A stretch of 60,243 bases of DNA, counting the filler, from Sphacelaria rigidula (taxonomy: Eukaryota), in the NCBI GenBank assembly GCA_964200075.2. It is 7 parts of 7 records of this genome, joined end to end, with 100 filler letters (N's around TTAATTAATTAA, not from the genome) between each part and the next. Parts side by side here need not be neighbours in the genome. Positions count along the whole stretch, not along the records: positions 51,725 to 60,243 come from CAXNAA020010902.1; 6 more parts are not named here. One strand, 5' to 3'. Positions within the stretch are counted from its first letter, which is position 1. Every line of letters begins with the position of its first letter. Shown here piece after piece: positions 52,228-60,243 of the stretch. A program made the translations under genes and the position numbers. The notes below the pieces were generated by a model. It was not told the origin of the DNA, did no database searches, and was given only the letters and a program-made list of their open reading frames with translations.

Positions 52228-54313
52228 CTCCTGATACTTGTGCGGCTTCGGTAATCGCTCCTCCCTGCCTTCACTTCGCCCCGCACCGAGACCTCGCTCG
52301 TCGGGATGGTAAGGATTCCCGACGCCAGCGAAATTTTGCTCCCGTGTAGGCTTGTCACCATCATATCTGCCTCTACCCGTCGCACCATTACTATTACGAC
52401 CGCCGTCGCCGCCGTCGTCGCTTTTCAAAGCCGAAGGATTCGCTTCGATACGCGTCGTCTCCGCAAGCTTCGTCTTGATTTCCTGCTCCCTCGATGACGC
52501 TGCAGGCGATTTCCCGCTGTTTCTGTTTTCGTTGCCGCCTCGTTGCCGCTGCTGCTGCTGCTGCTGCTGCTGCTGCCGTTTTGATTTTTTTTTCGGACTC
52601 ACCGCCGCCATGGTGAGCTGCGGGTACAACGTTGGTTCAGAGCAGCTTTCGACTCCGCCGCCGCTGCTCAAAGTAGGGATGCCATTTCCCTCCCTGTCGT
52701 TGCTACCCGCCTGATTTTCTCCTAACCTCGTACCTAGAGGCGTAGTAGCGCGTGGGAGTTGGTGAGAGAGCCCGTCGAGCACTTTCGACGTGGTTCGTCC
52801 CGGACTCGGTCGCCCAACATTTGCTACTGAACTTTTCCCGACTGAATCTTCGGAGGTAGAAGCGTCGTTGGTGCGAGTGAGTCCACTTATCCCTGCGGTG
52901 CCTCGTTCGCGAGACTCAGCCAGGTGTGGCACTGTTTCTAGCCGCAACGCAGAATCGCCCTCAATACGCTGCATCCAGCCCCCACTCTTTGGTCCACCCC
53001 CGCCGGTATCGGTTTGTTCACTTCCGCCGCCGCTAGAGTGAAATCCGTGGGGCTTGACTGACGAGCCTCGACTGATCGGAAACGGCCGCTGTTGGTTGGA
53101 CTGCTGCGCGGAGGGATTTACGCCGATGCGTCGTCGATCCCCCGCGGCTGTTGCAGCCACCGCAGCCGCCGCCGCCGCCGCTGCCTTCGATGCCTGGTGC
53201 TCGTGACCCTCACCCTCCGTCGTGCCATCGGGAGGGTGGCGCCGTACCATTGGGACCTCAACCACCACCTGACGCCGCCCGGAATCGTATCCCCTTTTCC
53301 TCCCCACCCCATCTCCGAATGCTTGATACTTGTTCGTGTCGCCGAGTTCCAGTCTCGATCGCTTTCTTCCAGAGGAGGAACGACGAGAGTTAGACGGCTG
53401 GGGGTCTCTACCCTCACGCAGAATACTCGAGGACGATGTTGTCTCGCTTCCATGTCGGCCTTCGCCCTCGGAACTTCGCCGACGGGTGTCGGTGCTTCGT
53501 GATGCCCCCACCACAGTACTCCCGCCCAGCGCTTTCGCCGTTGCTTCCGTCGTCGCATGCGCTGTCGCCCGCCTGGGTAGAACTTCCTGCACGCTTCCAC
53601 GGGTATCACGATTACCCCCGCCACGACTCCTACGATATTCCTGTTGCCGATTAGACTCCTGATCTCCGCCACACCCACGTTTGCTGTCCTCGTCACCGTG
53701 CCCACCCACGGCGGCAGCGTACGCCGAGCCACTATCTCCGCCTACTGGCCGCAGTTCTTCGCCGACCGTTTCCTTTCCGGAGGTGGCGGCCGCGATGGGA
53801 ACTGTCGGGCCGGGTGGAGAGCTGTCTTGCATCGCCTTGCCCTCCGCCGCCTTGTCCTGGGCTACCGCCCCTCCTCCCCCAATGTCGGGCCATTCTCGCG
53901 GTCGGCGGCGAATCCGATGCCCGTTCGGGCCCGGACCTGCGATAGGCGTGTCGATCTCGTCGGCAGAGCTGTGTCTGTTGTTCTGCTGTGGTGGGCGGTG
54001 GACGCGATCCTGACTTCGGCGACGGCTGCTGGTATTGTCCGTCGAGACCGCGGCGACGGTGGGAACTGCGACACTGAGTTGTGGCGAAGGGCTTGCGGAA
54101 GGGTGGGCTGTGGTGCCAGTATCTTGTCGGTGCTCCGAACCGGTGCCGTCGGAAGTATCGCCTGTTTCATCCGCGGGGTTGCCGGCGGCCTTGGCTTGGT
54201 CGGCTTTGGCCTTGGCTTCGTGATCTTCTCGCAAACGTCGTTTCAGCGTCATATTTAATCGGACGGTGATGTTAGTCAGCCTCTTGATTTCTTTTCTCTG
54301 GGCTGCACATAGC
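52228..54313 (-). CDS. Large internal exon of a host gene: coiled-coil start, long disordered region, ends '...PHKYQE'; candidate CtIP/SAE2/COM1 homologue
   Basis: About 2.1 kb of open frame with acceptor TTTTGCAG| at 54314 and donor GAG|GTATGA at 52227. Splices in frame to the exon at 57319-57411. The product assignment is inference only. Confidence 0.75.
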
Positions 54314-56814
54314 CTGCAAAAACAACAGAGTAAGCGATTGACATGGTACAGCAGCACAGTTTAGAGGACAAACTTGAGTAGCTACTACAGCAGAGTACCA
54401 TTTGCCCTGTCTGTAGCGTGCAGTATAGTAGACGAAATTAAATGAAGAAGATGAAGGTGTGGTCAACATAGCTGAACAAAGATTACAAGAGCATTTCTAC
54501 GCGGGGAGCCCTCTCTTTCTTTTTATCTCGCTGGTGGTGCAGTATCCAACCCGCTAACTCCACGGTGTTGCGCGCGCCCGCATCCGCCTCTTGCAAGTGA
54601 TCTGTCATATGTCCATCATCATTTTCATTTTCATTGTTTTCAGTGTCTACTTCGTCAATTACTTATTATCATTTCTCACAAAAAAACAAGTGTTCGCCGT
54701 CCTCCAATTTGACCCCGGCTGATGCACCCTCATATATCAAAAAGTGTAACTGGCGTCCAAAATAAACGGGGTGACAACACCGCAGCAAACATACACCGCG
54801 CAGCACTGTTTCCGATACAGGCAGTAGTGGTGGACGGTGTGGTCCAGACTGTGGCACAGACAATACTGTACGGGAGGTACTGTGTACGGGTGTTCGAGAC
54901 CACTATTATACTGTTGTCTTGAAATCAAGACACATGTTGTACGTACTGTATATTCCTGCACTCAAATAGAGTACTCGATTTTTTCAAGTCATCCTCGCGT
55001 CTCTTCTCATTATGCCAGAATGATTATTGTGCGCTCACCTGGGAGGCGAACCCCCTCCCCTCCCCGTTACCCGCAAAATAAACGAAGGAGAGAGACAAAG
55101 GCGAACACACTCCGGCCTTGTAGTGGGTATTTATATACTGTGAAGGCAAGAGTCACACGGTTTTAAATTGATATTCCTTCAAACAAGGTAGAAATTTGGG
55201 TGTTTCCTTTCGTGTGAGTTTGTCGAGCCTTTCTCCATTGAATGATATCTTGGCTTCTGCAGCTAGTTGGTGGTCGTTGACCTGTGTATGTGCACATGTG
55301 AGTTATGTTGTGGGTGTGCGTACCGTCGCCTGCGTTATCTGCTGGCTCTTTTGTGCTCGGGTGGGTTAAAAAATGGTGTGCCGGCTCTCTCCTGCGCGGG
55401 TGGAGTCGAAAATGGTGTCGGTTGGACCGGCGGGTCTACCTTATTGGTTGAAAGCTGACGGGCAACCAATCGGAAGGACGAAAGAAGAATAAATAACGAA
55501 AAACACCAGAATAATTATCATTATCATGGCGCGCTCTTACTTTTGTTCTGTTAACACAGGCTCATACTTCCGCATCAACTCACACCTCCCCTCCGACGTT
55601 TTCTCCCCAATTCCCCATGTGCTATTTCTTTCTCTTGCTTTTGTTGATGACGGAGGGTTGGTCGGGAGACTCCTTTGAGGGACCGGCTGTGACACCCCAG
55701 TTCTCCTCGGCCACATGTACGATTCGAGCGCTCTCTTTGCGCTTATGATTCGAATTGGAATGCAATGGACTGTAACCTTCCTTTTCAAGACACGACCCGT
55801 GATGGGGAAAAAAAAAACAAGCATGATTTTCCTGTAGCTTTTGACGGGAAGCTTGCAAAGCACTCGAAAAGCAATCTAGCCCCAAAATGTGTCGGCGGTG
55901 TGTAGGTGTGTGCGGCGTCTGAAGAGGGAGGGCGTCACCTTACACGATTTCCGCATGTCAAGGATGTAGACTGAAATCAAGTGCATCGAAGGAAACGAAC
56001 GAGTGGTCCATGGTCGGTAAAATGTTGTCGAACAATCCAGACACTTTTCGGAGGCCAGCATCCCCCCCTGCGCTCCCACTAGCATCCCCAACGGTAAGGC
56101 CTCCCTTCTTCTCTCGTAGTGGTGAAGGTTAGCCGTGGGATTGGAAGTTCTTATTGTCTTATATCGATAAATGATGATTTATGCCTGGGTCATTGGTATG
56201 TTTTTCGCTAAGTTGTTCAAAAACCTCCACGCACCCAAGACCGGTCGCGGGGATACTTGCGCTTCTGCTGCCACGTGCGTCAGCCGTGGCTTACCACTAG
56301 GTCGAAAAATTACTCTGTTATATTGGGTAAGGCCGGGTCTTGTACAGATCAGCCGTTTCTCACAATCAAATCACAATGATTCAAAACAAGTTTGTGGCCA
56401 CAGCCACCAGTTTGAGTCCCCCCACAAACAGTTTCTCTTGTCCAGATCAAAGCCTGGATCCTCATACGGGTTCGAAAAAGCGGCGGTTCTACCAGTGGTC
56501 CCTGGTGCAACATCATTTTTTTATACAAAAAAGTCGCGGTGAGGCAACGCAGCACATACACATAAGCCCCGCCACCCGCCACTCACGCACATCACTCCAG
56601 CGCTAGCCCTTGATCATGTAGATATGACAGTCTAGGTATCGAAGGAAGGGCGGCCGCGTGCGCCTCATCTTACATCCGAAAACCTGCCGTTTGTGACCTT
56701 CGTTGGGTGGGTCTTTGAGGCACGCACGCCTGACACAACTTATTACTTCTCGCTGGTTTCTAGAAAGATCCGACCGAGGCCACGGGCGTACTGGTGAAGA
56801 CCTACAGCTCGAGC

Positions 56815-56849
56815 TGTGTGTGTGTGTGTGCGCGCGCGCGTGTGTGTGT
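56815..56849. repeat. (TG)n(CG)n(TG)n alternating purine-pyrimidine tract
   Basis: TGTGTGTGTGTGTGTG CGCGCGCGCG TGTGTGTGT, inside the predicted intron. Confidence 0.9.
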
Positions 56850-57318
56850 TTGCGGGAGCAAATATTTCCTCAGGTTCACGACTAGTTGGGTTATGTGTCA
56901 CATCATTTCTGGCGCCCCTGTCAACATGACATCTACGTTGCCCTTCGAGCTGAAAACAAAATGCGTTCTCCTACAAAAACGATTCTTGCGGACTTTATGG
57001 AGGGGTGGTATCCCAGCGACCATTCCCAGGCAGCTTGGAGAAAAACAAATTGGAGAAAAATGATGATCCGTGTCGACAAGCCACGGTCCAATAGAGAGTA
57101 CGGAGGTGTCGGTAGCATCATCGTCGCACGTCAAAGTCGATTGATGGGCCAGCCACGTTACTGTAGTTGGAATACTACAACAGTACCGTCTGCAGCACAC
57201 CAAAACTGTAAAGCAGTACAGACCTTTTGCTGCGGGTAACCAGTCTGCCGTCCGTGACAACAGGCCGCGGCATGGAATCACTGCCAGAGTACAGTGCAAG
57301 TGGGCAAGTTTGACTGAC

Positions 57319-57411
57319 CTTTCCTGCTCCATTGCTTGAGACAAAAAGTCCTCCTTTTCTCGCATCCAGCTCTGCTGCTCGCGCTCGAAGTACCGCTTGT
57401 CTGCTTCCCAT
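57319..57411 (-). CDS. Upstream coiled-coil exon of the same gene
   Basis: 'WEADKRYFEREQQSWMREKEDFLSQAMEQE', with acceptor GATAG| and donor AG|GTCAGT. The phase-2 join reads MEQERLCAAQRKEIKRL. Confidence 0.65.
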
Positions 57412-60243
57412 CTATCGAGAACGTATGCGAAAGCGACCCAGCGGATACGCACAGGACGGGAATGGCCGTTGAGAAACACTCGATCTCACAATCAAGTACT
57501 CGTAGCGCGTCGAAAGGTGCCCTTGCAGAGGACTCGACATCCTGCCAACCCCCACATCCGATGAACACATTACACTCCCCAGGCTTAAAGGCCTGCCGCG
57601 GACTCACCGTTTACTGGCCTCCGTTAACAGCACCGCCGAATCCGCAGCTGCTGCGATTGTCCTCTGGACTGTTGCAATACAGCGATCCATATCCTCGTTC
57701 GGCATGTACTGTACGAGACGGCGTGTAGTGGTTGACCTTCGGGCTAGGACAATTTTCAAGCCTCGATTCCTCAAGAGCCACTAGCCTCCACCCCCGACGG
57801 ATGCCGTTTGTCGAAAGACGTTGACAATTTCCTCTTTTCTCTGCCACTGTTGGCGGCGTAGAAGCCGTGACTGTCGAGAAAATCGAGGCTGAAGAAAGTA
57901 TCACCGCGGGGTGGTATACTCCGTCACCTTACGATGACGCCTCTTGCAGCACACAGTCCTCTGCCAGTGTAGTTTGAATTCTCCCGTCCAACAAATGCGG
58001 GACACGAGCGATGGTTTTGCATGCCAGAGCAGTGCACGTTGGGAGCTTTCACGAAGACGCTGTCGCTCCAGATACTTCAATGATGTATGATATTGGCAGA
58101 TACCCGTGGCTATTGTGCGCAGATGGACCAGCAGCAGGCCCAGTCAACCGTTACTGTAGTGCAGAGGGAGCACAGACGCACTGTTGAAACGACCTACAGC
58201 ACAGAGTATCTCCACTTACAAATCGTGTAGTACGACACTTTTCCGTTCAAAGCTGCACTAACTTTGCCCCCAACAGCGATGCGTCGATGAGAGGCAGATA
58301 ACCACAAGGCTCTACCTCATTCAGTGTAAGACTCTAACCCGTCTAAAAAGCTCTAACCACGTGCGAGCATCACGACCCTCCACGCTTTCGTTCTGGACCT
58401 GCTCCCATCGCACTTTCATTTTCAACTCCACATTTGTGTGTAAGAAATTACTCAGACCGGTGGTAGCAGTTCGTCGCTTCTGTCCAGTTTGTCGCGCCGC
58501 ACATGAACGATCAATCTGACCGCATTCGTGCACTCTGTGTGCAAACAGAGGGCACGCATGGCGAACACAGAATCTTCTTGGGCGCACGGTAGTGTGGAGG
58601 TCTATCAATATGGCTATGCCTACGACGATAACGTTGACGGTTGGGAGGGTAAGTGCAGGTTTTGCGGTGAGGTGACAAGGCGGCGGTGGACTGCGACGAC
58701 AGTAGCACCCCGCTTCACGCGTGGCTTCCTTAATTATGTTCTGTGGAGTAGAGCTGTCAGCTGCGCAGGGGGAAGTTTGCGCTGTACTTCTGCTGCATTA
58801 CTGTATCGCGTTCTCGCTGCTTCTACATACTCTTCACTCCCCACATATCACCTGCCCCTAGCCTTGAAACTTTGCGGTAAAAATGATCGGGAGGCTTCTG
58901 CACGGCTGCTCGAACCATTCATCTACAACGATCACTATAGTGCACCATCAGCATCACTGCAACTAAAGCACTTCCGGCTGAGCTCTTTGGCGAGTAGACA
59001 CGAGTTGTTGCTGAACAGTAGTGGAAAGTAGTTGCTGCCGCCACTACAGTACAGCATTCAGGATGGTGCAGTTCATTACAGCCGTATAGTGCGAATTCAT
59101 AACGGCAGGAGTGGCATGCATCATGGATGCTGAGAAGTTAACGGTGAAGTCTGGGCAAGACTAGATGGGATTATATATACTTGATACTTTTGCCGTGCTC
59201 TGTCCTCTTGCTGGAGTAGTAGCAATAGAGTTTACCCCGTTTCATCTGACCAAATTCATGGTTGAAGATACTTGGTTTGAGTCTCGAGTGCTCCCAGCGT
59301 TGACAGAGAGCATTGTTGTTCAAATCGGCGCCTGTGGCGCGCCGATTTGTGGTCCACCAATCCATACTTCGCCAAGGGCACCCTTTGCACACCCCTTGCC
59401 CGATCGTTCTCGATATGCCTTGGTAGGGATTAGGGTTAGGGTTAGTATTAGAGTTGGCGTCATTTCAGAAATATGTCAACCACAGATTTCGTTCGACAAA
59501 TCGGGGTAAACCACCTCGGCTAGGGGTACAACATTCAGTTCAGGCTTGAAGCTCAGGTGAACGTAAGTCCCTCCTCATTTCAATTCGAGACTAGATCTCC
59601 CCGTAAGATGGCGCTCTGCATGTGCAGCCAGCTACACCACGTCGACAGGTATCCATCCGCCCCACATCGTGCACTCCATTGTACCGGCACACCCTATTAT
59701 TTGAGTCCATCGACTTAGCGCTCCGTTACGCCAGATGGTGACTCAACTTTCCCATGCACATATTTGATCCGTGGCGGTGCCTCAACGAAAACCAATTGTC
59801 CGAGCAATTAGCCTGGGATGATCCGAGCTGCTCATACGGCTACGATGGGGGAGAATACCGGGCCCAGGATGAAGCTGAAAGCTCTGGCCGATTCCCCAAC
59901 AACAATGTGAGTGGTGTGCATTCATACCCATAAGGCGAAAAGCCTCAGAATACACACAGCTCTGCCCAGTGCGATAAGGGTCTGTTGCGCCCGTTCTCAA
60001 CGTTTGGAGAAAGTGTAGGGCGGTGTTTACCGAATCCTGTCGATTTTGCGTGCTTTGGGTCCAAGATTCCTGCCCCAAATTTTCGTGATCTTTTCCCCAA
60101 GGTCATACTAATTTTCTGTTTCCAACGTTCTTTTTTTTCACGGTTAGGACAAATCATCACAACTCAAAATCACCAAATACATGATTTCTTTGGCCTGATT
60201 GCCCAAAAGAGAGAAAAAAGTTGATCGCTGGTCCGAGGAGTAT

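Noticed and set aside
58321-58660. Possible further exons on either strand
   Set aside because: The minus-strand donor phase does not match the 57411 acceptor, and the plus-strand candidate has no partner exon I can support.
59423-59450. TTAGGG telomere-like repeats
   Set aside because: Only two or three units, internal to the contig; not a telomere.

Overview
This window is not one locus. It is seven unrelated contigs of 8522, 8522, 8521, 8520, 8520, 8519 and 8519 bp, sorted by size and joined by 100-nt N44-TTAATTAATTAA-N44 linkers. The DNA is repeat-rich and eukaryotic, most likely from a brown alga (inferred from an EsV-1-7-like motif, long GT-AG introns and the style of the transposons). 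Contig 1 holds a decayed Copia element interrupted by an hAT-like MITE and a piggyBac-like MITE, the latter carrying a LINE tail. Contig 2 is mostly a ~218-bp satellite of about 30 copies. Contig 3 holds an LTR-bounded chromodomain Gypsy element lacking its RT core. Contig 4 holds a MULE/SWIM remnant and foldback MITEs. Contig 5 holds the most unusual feature, a large spliced gene combining a RAG1/Transib-like (DUF6589-like) DDE core, an inserted EsV-1-7 Cys motif and a FEN1/XPG-PIN-like region. Contig 6 holds an hAT-like MITE and a 5'-truncated LINE. Contig 7 holds two exons of a host gene, possibly CtIP/SAE2. All protein-family calls come from motif recognition by eye; no database search was run.
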